A DNA stretch of 64,000 nucleotides from an uncultured Actinomycetota bacterium (GTDB taxonomy: Bacteria > Actinomycetota > Actinomycetes > Streptomycetales > Streptomycetaceae). The stretch is taken from assembly GCA_963798065.1 (NCBI GenBank), contig CAWCSC010000030.1, positions 2,293 through 66,292 on the forward strand, given 5' to 3'. Below, piece by piece: positions 12,943 to 26,125 of the stretch. The position numbers and the translations under genes are program-made. Below the pieces are notes generated by a model that had not been told where the DNA came from, made no database searches, and worked only from the letters and a program-made list of their open reading frames with translations. Position 1 is the stretch's first letter; each line of letters opens with the position of its first letter.

Positions 12943-13781
12943 CCGCCCAGCTCGCCGCCTACTCCACCTCCACCGGAGAGGCCGTCCAGTTCTGGATCCT
13001 GGGCACCGTCGCGGTGATCGGCGCCCTGTGCACCATCCTCATGAGGAGAGCCGTGCACAGCGCGCTCTGCCTCGCCGGCACCATGATCATCCTGGCGGTG
13101 TTCTATCTCGCCAACGGCGCCTACTTCCTGGGCGTCGTGCAGATCGTCGTCTACACCGGCGCGATCATGATGCTGTTCCTGTTCGTGGTGATGCTTGTCG
13201 GCGTGACCGCGGCGGACTCCCTGAAGGAGACCATCAAGGGCCAGCGCTGGCTGGCCCTGGCGTGCGGCCTCGGCTTCGGCGTCCTGCTGATCGCCGGTAT
13301 CGGCCACGCCTCCCTCAAGGAGTTCAACGGCCTCGGCCAGGCGAACGCCGGGGGCAACGTGGAGGGCATCGCCGCCCTCATCTTCACCAAGTACGTCTTC
13401 GCGTTCGAGATCACCGGCGCCCTGCTCATCACAGCCGCCGTCGGCGCCATGGTGCTCACCCACCGCGAGCGCACCGAGCGTGCCAAGACGCAGCGTGAGC
13501 TCTCCGAGGAGCGGGTGCGCGCAGGCAAGCAACTGCCGCCCCTGCCGGCGCCCGGTGTCTACGCCCGGCACAACGCGGTCGACATCGCGGGCCTGCTGCC
13601 CGACGGCACACCGTCCGACCTCACCGTCAGCAAGACGCTGCGCGAGCGCGGCCAGATCCGTGACGTGTCGCGGGAGGCGCTCAACGACCTCAAGGCCCTG
13701 GAACAGCGGGCCGAGGAGCGCCTGGAGCGCAGGGCGATCGGGCCGGCGAAGCCCAAGCGGTCCGAGGAGGCGTCGAAGTGA
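12939..13781 (+). CDS. nuoJ: NADH-quinone oxidoreductase subunit J
   Basis: [19 protein letters not shown]; operon order. Confidence 0.95.
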   Translation: MTAQLAAYSTSTGEAVQFWILGTVAVIGALCTILMRRAVHSALCLAGTMIILAVFYLANGAYFLGVVQIVVYTGAIMMLFLFVVMLVGVTAADSLKETIKGQRWLALACGLGFGVLLIAGIGHASLKEFNGLGQANAGGNVEGIAALIFTKYVFAFEITGALLITAAVGAMVLTHRERTERAKTQRELSEERVRAGKQLPPLPAPGVYARHNAVDIAGLLPDGTPSDLTVSKTLRERGQIRDVSREALNDLKALEQRAEERLERRAIGPAKPKRSEEASK

Positions 13782-14077
13782 ACCCCGTCAACTACCTCTA
13801 TCTCGCGGCCCTGTTGTTCACCATCGGCGCGACCGGCGTGCTGATCAGGCGCAACGCGATCGTCGTGTTCATGTGCATCGAGCTCATGCTCAACGCCTGC
13901 AACCTCGCGTTCGTCGCCTTCTCCCGGATGCACGGCAACCTCGACGGCCAGATCATCGCCTTCTTCACGATGGTCGTCGCCGCCGCCGAGGTCGTGGTCG
14001 GGCTCGCGATCATCGTGTCCCTGTTCCGTGCCCGCCACTCGGCCTCGGTCGACGACGCCAGCCTGATGAAGCTGTAA
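13778..14077 (+). CDS. nuoK: NADH-quinone oxidoreductase subunit K
   Basis: [19 protein letters not shown]. Confidence 0.96.
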   Translation: MNPVNYLYLAALLFTIGATGVLIRRNAIVVFMCIELMLNACNLAFVAFSRMHGNLDGQIIAFFTMVVAAAEVVVGLAIIVSLFRARHSASVDDASLMKL

Positions 14078-14092
14078 GGGGTCGGAAGAATC

Positions 14093-16051
14093 GTGGAGAA
14101 CCTGATTGCGCTGCTGGTGGCGGCGCCCCTGCTCGGAGCGGTGGTCCTGCTGTGCGGCGGACGCCGGCTGGACGCCGTCGGCCACTGGATCGGCACGGCC
14201 TTCGCCGCCGCCTCCTTCGTGCTCGGCCTGGTCCTGTTCACCGACATGCTGGGCAAGGACGCCGGACACCGGGAGATGGGCCAGTACCTGTTCAGCTGGA
14301 TCCCGGTCGAGGGCTTCCAGGCGGACGTCGCCTTCCAGCTCGACCAGCTGTCGATGACGTTCGTCCTGCTGATCTCGGGCGTCGGCTCGCTGATCCACCT
14401 CTACTCCGTCGGGTACATGGAGCACGACGAGCGGCGCCGCCGCTTCTTCGGCTACCTGAACCTGTTCCTCGCGGCGATGCTGCTGCTCGTCCTCGCCGAC
14501 AACTACCTGCTGCTGTACGTCGGCTGGGAGGGCGTCGGTCTCGCCTCCTACCTGCTGATCGGCTTCTGGCAGCACAAGCCCAGCGCCGCCACGGCCGCGA
14601 AGAAGGCCTTCCTGGTCAACCGCGTCGGCGACATGGGCCTGTCCATCGCGATCATGCTGATGTTCCTGTGGTTCGGCACCTTCGCCTTCGGGCCGGTGCT
14701 CGGCAGCCACGAGGAGGCAGGGCTCGCCGGTGCCGCCGGCGAGGACAAGCTGACCGCCATCGCCCTGATGCTGCTGCTCGCCGCCTGCGGCAAGTCCGCC
14801 CAGGTGCCGCTGCAGTCCTGGCTCGGGGACGCGATGGAGGGCCCGACCCCCGTCTCGGCCCTCATCCACGCCGCGACGATGGTGACGGCGGGCGTGTACC
14901 TGATCGTCCGCTCCGGGGCCATCTTCAACGGCGCCCCGGACGCCCAGTTGGTCGTCACCATCGTCGGCGCGGTCACGCTCCTCTTCGGTGCGATCGTCGG
15001 TTGCGCGAAGGACGACATCAAGAAGGCACTGGCCGGCTCGACCATGTCGCAGATCGGCTACATGGTGCTGGCCGCGGGCCTCGGCCCGATCGGCTACGTC
15101 TTCGCGATCATGCACCTGGTGACGCACGGCTTCTTCAAGGCCGGGCTGTTCCTCGGCGCCGGCTCGGTCATGCACGGCATGAACGACGAGGTCGACATGC
15201 GCCGCTACGGCGGACTGCGCAAGTACATGCCGATCACCTTCGTCACCTTCGGCCTCGGCTACCTGGCCATCATCGGCTTCCCGGGCCTGTCCGGCTTCTT
15301 CTCCAAGGACAAGATCATCGAGGCGGCGTTCGCCAAGGGCGGCACCGAGGGCTGGATCCTCGGCGCCTGCGCCCTGCTCGGCGCGGCCATCACGGCGTAC
15401 TACATGACGCGCGTGATGCTGATGACGTTCTTCGGCGAGGAGCGCTGGCGCAAGCCCGACGCCGTCCCGGCAGGCCGGACGTGGAGCCCGCCGCCGAGAC
15501 GGGCGAGTACACCCGCCGCATCCGCACGAGTCGCCGAAGATCATGACGATCCCGATGATCGTGCTGGCCGTCGGCTCGGTGGCCGCCGGCGGGTTCTTCA
15601 GCATCGGCGACCGCTTCGTGCACTGGCTGGAACCGATCACCGGGCACAGCCACGGCAACCCGCCGATCAGCGCCGCTCACGGTCACGCGGCGCGACGGTC
15701 GCCGTGATGGTCATCGGCGTCGCCGTCGCCTGGAGCCAGTACGGCCGCCGCCCGGTCCCGGCCGTCGCCCCGCGCGGATCGCTGCTCACCCGGGCCGCCC
15801 GTCGCGACCTGCTCCAGGACGACTTCAACCACGTCGTCCTGGTCCGCGGCGGCGAGCACCTCACGCGGTCCCTGGTCTACGTCGACCACACCCTGGTCGA
15901 CGGCGTCGTCAACGGCACGGCGGCCTCGGTCGGCGGCCTCTCCGGGCGGATGCGCAAGCTGCAGAACGGCTTCGCCCGCTCCTACGCGGTCTCGATGTTC
16001 GGCGGTGCGGCGCTCATCGTCGCCGCGACCCTGCTGATGAGGGCGGTCTGA
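14093..16051 (+). CDS. nuoL: NADH-quinone oxidoreductase subunit L (compensating frameshifts near 15470-15690)
   Basis: [62 protein letters not shown] block lies in another frame. Confidence 0.95.
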   Translation: MENLIALLVAAPLLGAVVLLCGGRRLDAVGHWIGTAFAAASFVLGLVLFTDMLGKDAGHREMGQYLFSWIPVEGFQADVAFQLDQLSMTFVLLISGVGSLIHLYSVGYMEHDERRRRFFGYLNLFLAAMLLLVLADNYLLLYVGWEGVGLASYLLIGFWQHKPSAATAAKKAFLVNRVGDMGLSIAIMLMFLWFGTFAFGPVLGSHEEAGLAGAAGEDKLTAIALMLLLAACGKSAQVPLQSWLGDAMEGPTPVSALIHAATMVTAGVYLIVRSGAIFNGAPDAQLVVTIVGAVTLLFGAIVGCAKDDIKKALAGSTMSQIGYMVLAAGLGPIGYVFAIMHLVTHGFFKAGLFLGAGSVMHGMNDEVDMRRYGGLRKYMPITFVTFGLGYLAIIGFPGLSGFFSKDKIIEAAFAKGGTEGWILGACALLGAAITAYYMTRVMLMTFFGEERWRKPDAVPAGRTWSPPPRRASTPAASARVAEDHDDPDDRAGRRLGGRRRVLQHRRPLRALAGTDHRAQPRQPADQRRSRSRGATVAVMVIGVAVAWSQYGRRPVPAVAPRGSLLTRAARRDLLQDDFNHVVLVRGGEHLTRSLVYVDHTLVDGVVNGTAASVGGLSGRMRKLQNGFARSYAVSMFGGAALIVAATLLMRAV

Positions 16052-16056
16052 TACCG

Positions 16057-17629
16057 ATGTCCTTTCCTCTGCTGACAGCGACAGCGGCGCTCCCGGCCGT
16101 CGGGGCGATCGCCACGGCCGCCGTACCGGCCGCGAAGCGCACCGCCGCCAAATGGCTGGCGCTGCTCTTCTCGCTCGCCACGCTCGTCCTGGCGATCCTC
16201 GTCCTGGTGCGCTTCGACCCGGACGGCGACCGCTACCAGCTCACCGAGTCCCACGCCTGGATCGCGGACTTCGGCGTCCGCTACGAACTGGGCGTGGACG
16301 GCATCGCGGTGGCGCTGATCGCGCTCACGGCCCTGCTGATCCCGTTCATCATCCTCGCGGGCTGGCACGACGCCGACCCGCTGGAGACCGGCAGCACGCC
16401 GGTGGCGGCCGACGCAGGGCTTCTTCGCCCTGATCCTGGCCGTCGAGGCGATGGTGATCCTCTCCTTCGAGGCCACCGACGTCTTCCTCTTCTACATCTT
16501 CTTCGAAGCCATGCTGATCCCGATGTACTTCCTCATCGGCGGCTTCGGGGACCGTGCCCACGAGCACGGCGAGAAGGTGGCGGCGACGCAACGGTCGTAC
16601 GCGGCGGTGAAGTTCCTGCTCTACAACCTGGTCGGCGGTCTGATCATGCTGGCCGCGGTGATCGGCCTGTACGTGGTCGCCGGGAACTTCTCGCTCAAGG
16701 AGATCGCCGAGGCCCGGGCCAACGGCACGCTCGACATGGCGACCAGCACCGAACGCTGGCTGTTCCTCGGCTTCTTCTTCGCCTTCGCGGTGAAGGCGCC
16801 GCTGTGGCCGCTGCACACCTGGCTGCCCAACGCGATGCAGGAGTCCACCACCCCGGTCGCCGTGCTCATCACGGCGGTCGTCGACAAGGTCGGCACCTTC
16901 GCGATGCTCCGCTTCTGCCTCCAGCTCTTCCCGGAGGCCAGCAAGTGGGCGACGCCCGCGATCCTCGTCCTCGCCCTGATCAGCATCATCTACGGGGCGC
17001 TGCTCGCGGTCGGCCAGCGCGACATCAAGCGGCTGGTGGCGTACGCGTCGATCTCCCACTTCGGCTTCATCATCATGGGCATCTTCGCGATGACCAGCCA
17101 GGGCCAGTCCGGGGCGACGCTCTACATGGTCAACCACGGCATCTCGACGGCCGCGCTGATGCTGGTGGCGGGCTTCCTGATCTCCCGGCGCGGCTCGCGG
17201 CTCATCGCCGACTACGGCGGAGTGCAGAAGGTCGCGCCGGTGCTCGCCGGCACCTTCCTGATCGGCGGTCTGGCGACCCTGTCGCTGCCGGGCCTGGCGC
17301 CGTTCGTCAGCGAGTTCCTGGTCCTGGTCGGCACGTTCACGCGCTACCCGGTGATCGGCATCATCGCCACCTTCGGCATCGTGCTCGCCGCGCTCTACAC
17401 CCTCGTCCTCTACCAGCGGACGATGACGGGCCCGGTGAAGCCCGAGGTCGCGACGATGCCGGACCTCAGGGTGCGTGAGCTCGTGGTCGTCGCCCCGCTG
17501 GTCGTCCTGTTGATCTTCCTGGGCGTCTACCCGAAGCCCCTCACGCAGATCATCGACCCGGCGGTCAAACAGACCATGTCCGACGTACAGAAGAAGGACC
17601 CCAAGCCCGAGGTGGAGGCGGCCAAGTGA
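16057..17629 (+). CDS. nuoM: NADH-quinone oxidoreductase subunit M (frameshift near 16400)
   Basis: LGVDGI in first frame; FFEAMLIPMYFLIG and AVKAPLWPLHTWLP in second frame. Confidence 0.95.
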
Positions 17630-19277
17630 GCGCATCAGCCGTCCACAGCCTGTGGACAACCGCGGCCGACCCGATCTCGAAGATCGACGCGCCGAAGATC
17701 GAGTACGGGCAGCTCGTCGCCGACCCTGATCATCGTCGGCGCGGCGATCGTCGGGATCCTGGTCGAGGCGTTCGTACCGCGCAAGTCCCGTTACTACGTC
17801 CAGATGTTCGTGTCCGTCGTCGCGATCGCCGCCGCCTTCGCCGCGGTCGTCGCGCTCGCGGCCGACGGGTACGGCACGACCAAGGCGCACATCGCGGCGA
17901 TGGGCGCGATCGCGGTGGACGGGCCGGCGCTCTTCCTGCAGGGCACGATCCTGCTGGCGGCCCTGGTCGGCCTGTTCACCTTCGCCGAGCGGCGGCTCGA
18001 CCCGGTGGCGCACGGCAACCGCGTCGACTCCTTCGCCGCGCAGGCCGCGTCCGTGCCGGGCAGCGAGAGCGAGAAGGCCGCGGTCAAGGCCGGGTTCACC
18101 ACCACCGAGGTGTTCCCGCTGCTGCTGTTCGCCGTCGCCGGCATGCTGGTCTTCCCGGCGGCCAACGACCTGCTGACGCTGTTCGTGGCGCTGGAGGTCT
18201 TCTCGCTCCCGCTGTACCTGCTGTGCGCGCTGGCCCGCCGCAAGCGGCTGATGTCGCAGGAGGCGGCGGTCAAGTACTTCCTGCTCGGCGCCTTCGCCTC
18301 CGCGTTCACCCTGTTCGGCATCGCGCTGCTGTACGGCTACGCGGGCTCGATGTCGTACGCGACGATCGCGCAGGTCGTCGACGGCACGGTGCAGGACGTC
18401 AACCCGGCGCTCGCCGACACCATGGGCAACGACGCGCTGCTGCTGGTCGGCGCCGCGCTGCTCGTGATGGGCCTGCTGTTCAAGGTGGGCGCGGTGCCGT
18501 TCCACATGTGGACGCCGGACGTGTACCAGGGCGCGCCGACGCCGGTGACCGGCTTCATGGCGGCGGCGACGAAGGTGGCGGCGTTCGGCGCGCTGCTGCG
18601 CGCTGCTGTACGTCGTCCTGCCGGGCCTGCGCTGGGACTGGCGGCCGGTCATGTGGGCCGTGGCGATCATCACCATGCTGGGCGGTGCGATCGTCGCGAT
18701 CACGCAGACCGACATCAAGCGGCTGCTGGCGTACTCGTCGATCGCGCACGCCGGGTTCATCCTCGCGGGTGTCATCGCGACCACGCCGGACGGTGTGTCG
18801 TCGGTGCTGTTCTACCTGGCGGCGTACTCGTTCGTGACGATCGGCGCCTTCGCGGTGGTCACGCTCGTGCGGGACGCGGGCGGCGAGGCGACGCACCTGT
18901 CCAAGTGGGCGGGGCTCGGCCGGCGTTCGCCGCTGGTGGCGGCCGTGTTCGCGGTGTTCCTGCTGGCCTTCGCCGGCATTCCGCTGACGTCCGGCTTCGC
19001 CGGGAAGTTCGCCGTGTTCAAGGCGGCGGCGGAGGGCGGGGCCGCACCGCTGGTCGTGATCGGTGTGATCTCGTCGGCGATCGCGGCGTTCTTCTACATC
19101 CGCGTCATCGTGCTGATGTTCTTCAGCGAGCCGCGGCCGGAGGGCCCGACGGTGGCCGTGCCGTCGCCGCTGACGATGACGGCGATCGGGGTGGGCGTGG
19201 CGGTCACGCTGGTGCTCGGTGTGGCGCCGCAGTACTTCCTGGATCTGGCGGGGCAGGCGGGCGTGTTCGTGCGCTGA
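17626..19277 (+). CDS. nuoN: NADH-quinone oxidoreductase subunit N (frameshifts near 17715 and 18600)
   Basis: EAAVKYFLLGA, FKVGAVPFHMWTPDVYQGAP, KRLLAYSSIAHAG across three frames. Confidence 0.95.
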
Positions 19278-19297
19278 CACGCGCTTGCCGGCTGCGT

Positions 19298-19332
19298 GGC
19301 GGCCCGGCTCTCCTTCGGGGCGCCGGGCCGTC
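19298..19332 (+). terminator. GC-rich hairpin ending the nuo operon
   Basis: GGCGGCCCGGC...TTCG...GCCGGGCCGTC about 20 bp after the nuoN stop. Confidence 0.6.
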
Positions 19333-19406
19333 GGCGTGTCCGGGCGCGGTGCCGCGGTGGCGAGCCCTGTCGAACGTATGGATGCGCGTCGCCTTCACCG
19401 GGCGGG

Positions 19407-19448
19407 CCTGTGGATAACTTCGGGGCTGTCGGTGCGGACGCCTATCGT
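19407..19448 (+). promoter_or_regulatory. recQ promoter: DnaA-box-like TGTGGATAA plus RecA-NDp (PafBC-type) motif
   Basis: TGTGGATAA at 19409-19417; TGTCGG(19427-32)-N10-TATCGT(19443-48). Confidence 0.7.
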
Positions 19449-19492
19449 GGACGCAGTGGTCGAGGGACCGACGTACGGGGGACAGGCGACGG

Positions 19493-21538
<2,046 letters not shown>

Positions 21539-21604
21539 GCCCGGGCTCCGGCAGGGGCAGGCATCGGCTGGGCATCGACGGGGCCGAGCGTCAGCCGACG
21601 CCGC

Positions 21605-24427
21605 TCACAGCGCCCGTGCCGCGTACGCCCTGACATCCGCGTCGGAGTCCGTCGTCGCCGTGGCGAGGGCCGCGCGGGCCTCCTCAGCGGTGCGGTGCCG
21701 GGTCAGTGCCAGGACGGCGGCCTTGCGGACGTCGGCGTTGGCGTCCGCGAGGGCCTTGGCGAGGGCGGGGACCGCCACCTCGGGGTCGGCGACGGACAGG
21801 GCCGTGGCGGCCCCGGCCCGCACCTGCCAGGCCGACTCGGACAGGGCGGCCACGGCGCGAGCGGTGAGGGGCACCGGGCAGCCGGTGGTGCCCAGTGCTC
21901 CGTAGGCCGCTGCGCGCACCAGGGCGTCAGGGTCGTCGAGGAGGCCGGTAAGGGCCGCTTCGATCGAGTCGGCGTCGGAATCGGAGTCGGCCGGAAGGTC
22001 ACCGGACAGCCGCTCGGCACCCACCGTGGCCAGCCCCTTGGCGATCGCCACCCGGACTTCGCGGGACGGGTCGGCGAGCGCCGCGCGGGCCAGTTCGGCG
22101 GCGGCGTCGACCGACACCAGCGCGCGTACGGCCTCGATACGCACGGCGATGTCCGAGTCGGCCACGGCGTCCGCGAACAGGCCGGCATCTCCGAGGCGCA
22201 GGGCACGCAGGACGTCCAGCGCGGCGGCGCGGACCACCGGATCGGGCTCGGCCAGGGCGGCGGCGAGGCCGTCGCGCAGGTCGGGCTCGGGCGGGAGCGT
22301 CTCGACGAGCTCGCGCAGTGACGCGGCCGCGGCGGCCCGTACCTCGGCGGCGGAGTCGCGCAGGGCGGAGGCGAGGGCGGGACCTGTTCCAGGCGGCAGC
22401 GTCTCGGTGAGTACGGCGACCGCCTCGCGCCGGACGGCGGGCGCGGGGTCGGTCAGGTACGGCTGAAGGGCCTCGAGCTCGGGCTCCTCCTCGGCGAGGG
22501 CGACGAGTTCGAGGAGGCGGGCGGAGGACTGCTCGGGGGCGGGAGCGGGGGACGACGACGGCGCGGCCTGCCGCGACTCCTCCTCCCCGGCCGACGCGGC
22601 CGGCGCCACATCCCGCGACCCCGCCATCGCCACGTCCTCGGCGTGGACCTCGCCGATCAGACGGGAGGGCCCGCCGACGGGGGTGAAGCCGTCGACCGGA
22701 ACGAGATAGGGAGCCACGGGTCGGGCCGTGAACTCCATCGCGCCAGAGGGGGACTTGTGCAGATCGAGGTGGTGGAACCAGGACGCGTCGTCGCGCTGCG
22801 GGTGGTCGAGGCGGTCGTGGTAGAGGCCCCAGCGGGACTCCGTGCGGGCCAGGGAGGACCGCGCGGCCATCTCCGCGCAGTCGCGGATGAAGGTGACCTC
22901 CGCGCAGCGCATCAGCTCGTGCGCGGTGCGGGCGCCCATCTCGGCGATGTCGGCGTGCATCCGCTCGAACGACTCCAGGGCCAGCGACAGGCGGGCACCG
23001 GACTTCGGCGGGGCCACGTAGTCGTTCACGAAGCGGCGCAGCTTGTACTCGACCTGGGGCTGCGGCGGGCCGTCGGGGTTGCGCAGCGGGCGGTAGACCA
23101 GCTCGTGCGCCTCCCGGAGCTGCTCCGCCGGCAACTCGCCCGCGTAGGCCTGGTACTGGGCGGCGTCGGCGCCCGCGAGGTCGCCGTAGACGAACGCGCC
23201 GATCATGTAGTTGTGCGGGACGCAGGCCAGATCGCCGGCCGCGTACAGCCGGGGCACGGTCGTACGGGCATGGTCGTCCACCCGGACGCCGGAGGCGGAG
23301 TGGCCGCCGCACAGGCCGATCTCGGAGATGTGCATCTCGATGTCGTGGGTGCGGTAGTCGTGGCCGCGGCCGGAGTGGAAGGTGCCGCGGGTCGGGCGCT
23401 CGGTCGAGTGGAGGATCGTCTCCAGGGCCGAGACCGACTCCTCGGGGAGGTGGCTCAGCTTCAGGTAGACCGGGCCCCGGTCGGACGCGACCTCCGCCGC
23501 GAACTCGGCCATCATCTGGCCCGACCAGTAGTCGGAGTCGACGAAGCGTTCGCCGTGCCGGTTGACCTGGTAGCCGCCGAAGGGGTTGGCGACGTAGGCG
23601 CAGGCCGGGCCGTTGTAGTCCTTGATCAGCGGGTTGATCTGGAAGCACTCGATGCCGGTGAGCTCGGCGCCCGCGTGGTAGGCCATGGCGTAGCCGTCGC
23701 CCGCGTTGGTGGGGTTCTCGTAGGTGCCGTAGAGGTAACCCGAGGCGGGCAGGCCGAGGCGGCCGCAGGCGCCGGTCGCGAGGATCACGGAGCCCGCGCG
23801 GACCTGGACGAACTGTCCCGTACGGGTGTTGAAGCCGGCCGCTCCCACGGCCCGCCCCTCGGCCGTGAGCACGCGCACCGGCATCACCCGGTTCTCGATG
23901 CGGATCTTCTCCCGCATCTCGCGTCGCCGCAGCTGCCGGTACAGGACCTTCTTGACGTCCTTGCCCTCCGGCATCGGCAGCACGTAGGAGCCGGAGCGGT
24001 GGACCTGGCGGACCGCGTAGTCGCCGTGCTCGTCCTTCTCGAACTTCACGCCGTACGACTCCAGCCGCTGCACCATGCCGAAGCCGCGGGTGGCGGTCTG
24101 GCGGACGGTGGACTGGTCGACGATGCCGTCGTTGGCGCGGGTGATCTCGGCGACGTAGTCGTCGGGTTCGGCGCGGCCCGGGATCACGGCGTTGTTGACG
24201 CCGTCCATGCCCATGGCGAGCGCGCCGGAGTGACGGACATGGGCCTTCTCCAGCAGCAGCACGTTCGCGCCGTGCTCGGCGGCGGTGAGTGCGGCCATGG
24301 TGCCGGCGGTGCCGCCGCCGATGACGAGGACGTCGCAGGTCAGCTCCTCGGCGTCGGCGAGGGACGGGACGGCCAGGGGGGTGTCCGCTGGGGTGTTCAC
24401 GGAGGTGGTCACCGGGGTGCCTTTCAC
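21605..24427 (-). CDS. AprA-like (APS reductase/SdhA superfamily) flavoprotein fused to C-terminal HEAT repeats
   Basis: VIGGGTAG, LEKAHVRHSGALAMG, LATGACG, LYAAGD, RTESRWG; about 300 aa of D.D..VR.AA..AL repeats follow. Confidence 0.85.
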   Translation of the reverse strand: MKGTPVTTSVNTPADTPLAVPSLADAEELTCDVLVIGGGTAGTMAALTAAEHGANVLLLEKAHVRHSGALAMGMDGVNNAVIPGRAEPDDYVAEITRANDGIVDQSTVRQTATRGFGMVQRLESYGVKFEKDEHGDYAVRQVHRSGSYVLPMPEGKDVKKVLYRQLRRREMREKIRIENRVMPVRVLTAEGRAVGAAGFNTRTGQFVQVRAGSVILATGACGRLGLPASGYLYGTYENPTNAGDGYAMAYHAGAELTGIECFQINPLIKDYNGPACAYVANPFGGYQVNRHGERFVDSDYWSGQMMAEFAAEVASDRGPVYLKLSHLPEESVSALETILHSTERPTRGTFHSGRGHDYRTHDIEMHISEIGLCGGHSASGVRVDDHARTTVPRLYAAGDLACVPHNYMIGAFVYGDLAGADAAQYQAYAGELPAEQLREAHELVYRPLRNPDGPPQPQVEYKLRRFVNDYVAPPKSGARLSLALESFERMHADIAEMGARTAHELMRCAEVTFIRDCAEMAARSSLARTESRWGLYHDRLDHPQRDDASWFHHLDLHKSPSGAMEFTARPVAPYLVPVDGFTPVGGPSRLIGEVHAEDVAMAGSRDVAPAASAGEEESRQAAPSSSPAPAPEQSSARLLELVALAEEEPELEALQPYLTDPAPAVRREAVAVLTETLPPGTGPALASALRDSAAEVRAAAAASLRELVETLPPEPDLRDGLAAALAEPDPVVRAAALDVLRALRLGDAGLFADAVADSDIAVRIEAVRALVSVDAAAELARAALADPSREVRVAIAKGLATVGAERLSGDLPADSDSDADSIEAALTGLLDDPDALVRAAAYGALGTTGCPVPLTARAVAALSESAWQVRAGAATALSVADPEVAVPALAKALADANADVRKAAVLALTRHRTAEEARAALATATTDSDADVRAYAARAL

Positions 24428-25263
24428 GTACCGAGCGAGGTGAGGACGTCGCGCCGCAGGGCCAGGCGCGCCGGGTCGTCGTGTGCGCCCCGGTCGCGCG
24501 GGCGGGGGACATCCCGTACGGCGACGAGGCCGCCCGCGCCGAGCAGGGCCACACGATCGCCGAGGAAGAGGGCCTCGTCCACGTCGTGGGTGACGAAGAC
24601 GACGGTCGCGCCCGTGCCGTGCAGCACCTCCACCAGCAGGTCCTGCATGCCCGCCCGGGTCTGGGCGTCGAGCGCGCCGAACGGCTCGTCCATCAGGACG
24701 GCGCGCGGGCCTGCGGCCAGGGCGCGGGCCAGCTGGACGCGCTGGCGCTGCCCGCCGGAGACCCGGTGCGGCAACTGCCGTGCCTGCGTGTCGAGTCCGA
24801 CCCGCTCCAGCCAGGCCTGGGCCTGTTCCCGGCGCTCGGCGCGGGGCACGCCGCGGATGGCGAGGGGCAGTTCGACGTTGGCGCGCAGGGTGCGCCAGGG
24901 GAGCAGGGCGTCTTCCTGGAAGACCAGGGCGCGGTCGGCCCCGGGGCCGGTCAGCGGGTGCCCGTCCTGGGTGATCTCTCCGGAGAGCGGCGAGAGCAGG
25001 CCGGCCAGGGTGCGCAGCAGGGTCGACTTGCCGCAGCCGGACGGGCCGACGACGGTGAGGATCTCGCCGGCGGCGATGTCCAGGTCGACGCCGTCCAGGA
25101 CGGGTGCGCCGGGGCGGCCGAGGGCGGCGCCCGACAGGGTGAGCCGGGTGCCGCGCACCGGCGTGCCGGCGACGGCCTCGGACGAGGCACTCGGGGCGGA
25201 CTTTTTCGAAGCGCTCACGCCGGTCTCGGGCGAGATGCCGACGGTCTCAGACGAGGTGCTCAT
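24424..25263 (-). CDS. ABC transporter ATP-binding protein (TauB/SsuB/NitT type)
   Basis: GPSGCGKST, VFQEDALLPWRT, SGGQRQR, LMDEPFGALDAQTR. Confidence 0.93.
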   Translation of the reverse strand: MSTSSETVGISPETGVSASKKSAPSASSEAVAGTPVRGTRLTLSGAALGRPGAPVLDGVDLDIAAGEILTVVGPSGCGKSTLLRTLAGLLSPLSGEITQDGHPLTGPGADRALVFQEDALLPWRTLRANVELPLAIRGVPRAERREQAQAWLERVGLDTQARQLPHRVSGGQRQRVQLARALAAGPRAVLMDEPFGALDAQTRAGMQDLLVEVLHGTGATVVFVTHDVDEALFLGDRVALLGAGGLVAVRDVPRPRDRGAHDDPARLALRRDVLTSLGT

Positions 25264-26125
25264 CGCGTGCCTCCTCGGATACGGGTCCGCCGGGTGCGGC
25301 GGCGGGGGCGGCCGGGGCCGGCCGCACGGACCGGACGGGCCGGGCGGGCCGGGTGCCGGGGACGTACGCGGTGCGCGGCAGCCAGCGGGTGAGGCGGCGG
25401 CCCAGCAGTTCCACGGCCGTGGAGGTGACCCAGCCGAGCACCCCGATGGTGACCATGCCGACGAACACGCCCGGGTAGTCGACGACGGTGTAGTCCTGCC
25501 AGGTGCGGTAGCCGACCCCGTACTGGCCGGAGATCATCTCGGCGGAGATCACGCAGATCCACGACACGCCGATGCCGACGGACAGGCCGCCGAACACGCC
25601 GGGCAGCGCGCCCGGCAGGACGACGGAGCCGAGGATCCGCCACCGGCCGCCGCCCATGGTGCGCACGGCCTCCTCCCACATGGGGGTCAGGGCGCGCACC
25701 GCGTGCCGGGTGGAGACCAGGACCGGGAAGAAGGCGGCGGTGCAGGTGATGAAGACGATGCCCTGTTCGTTGGAGGGGAAGAGCAGGATCGCGACGGGGA
25801 CGAGTGCGATGGCCGGGATCGGGCGGACGACTTCCAGCAGCGGGCCGAGCAGGTCCTCGGCGAGACGCGAGCGCGCCACGAGCACGCCCGTGGCCACGCC
25901 CAGGACGGCGGCCAGCAGGAAGCCGGTGAGGATCCGGGTGAGGCTGTCGGTGAGGTCCGTCCAGTAGTCAGGCCCGGACAGCCGGGCCGCGAAGGCGTGG
26001 GCGACCTCGGTGACCGTCGGGAACTGCGAGAAACGCAGCCACAGGTCGACGTGCAGGCTGGTCAGCGCCTGCCACAGGCCCAGGGCGGCGGCCAGCGAGA
26101 CCACTCGGAGCACATACCGCTTCAC
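25247..26125 (-). CDS. ABC transporter permease (TauC/SsuC type)
   Basis: RPIPAIALVP, EAVRTMGG (EAA loop), VISAEMI. Confidence 0.92.
   Translation of the reverse strand: MKRYVLRVVSLAAALGLWQALTSLHVDLWLRFSQFPTVTEVAHAFAARLSGPDYWTDLTDSLTRILTGFLLAAVLGVATGVLVARSRLAEDLLGPLLEVVRPIPAIALVPVAILLFPSNEQGIVFITCTAAFFPVLVSTRHAVRALTPMWEEAVRTMGGGRWRILGSVVLPGALPGVFGGLSVGIGVSWICVISAEMISGQYGVGYRTWQDYTVVDYPGVFVGMVTIGVLGWVTSTAVELLGRRLTRWLPRTAYVPGTRPARPVRSVRPAPAAPAAAPGGPVSEEARDEHLV

Noticed and set aside
17641..17659. GTCCACAG-C-CTGTGGAC palindrome with a TGTGGACAA DnaA box in the nuoN 5' end
   Set aside because: Lies in coding sequence (VHSLWT) and is a single pair; cannot be separated from codon constraint without comparative data
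14093..19277. Programmed frameshifting or pseudogenisation of nuoL, nuoM and nuoN
   Set aside because: No slippery-site pattern, and the same indel type occurs across the window, so sequencing error is more likely
21605..24427. Calling the flavoprotein sdhA/frdA or a true dissimilatory aprA
   Set aside because: No covalent-FAD His motif, no SdhB or anchor subunits, no sat/qmo/aprM context, and the active-site block looks altered
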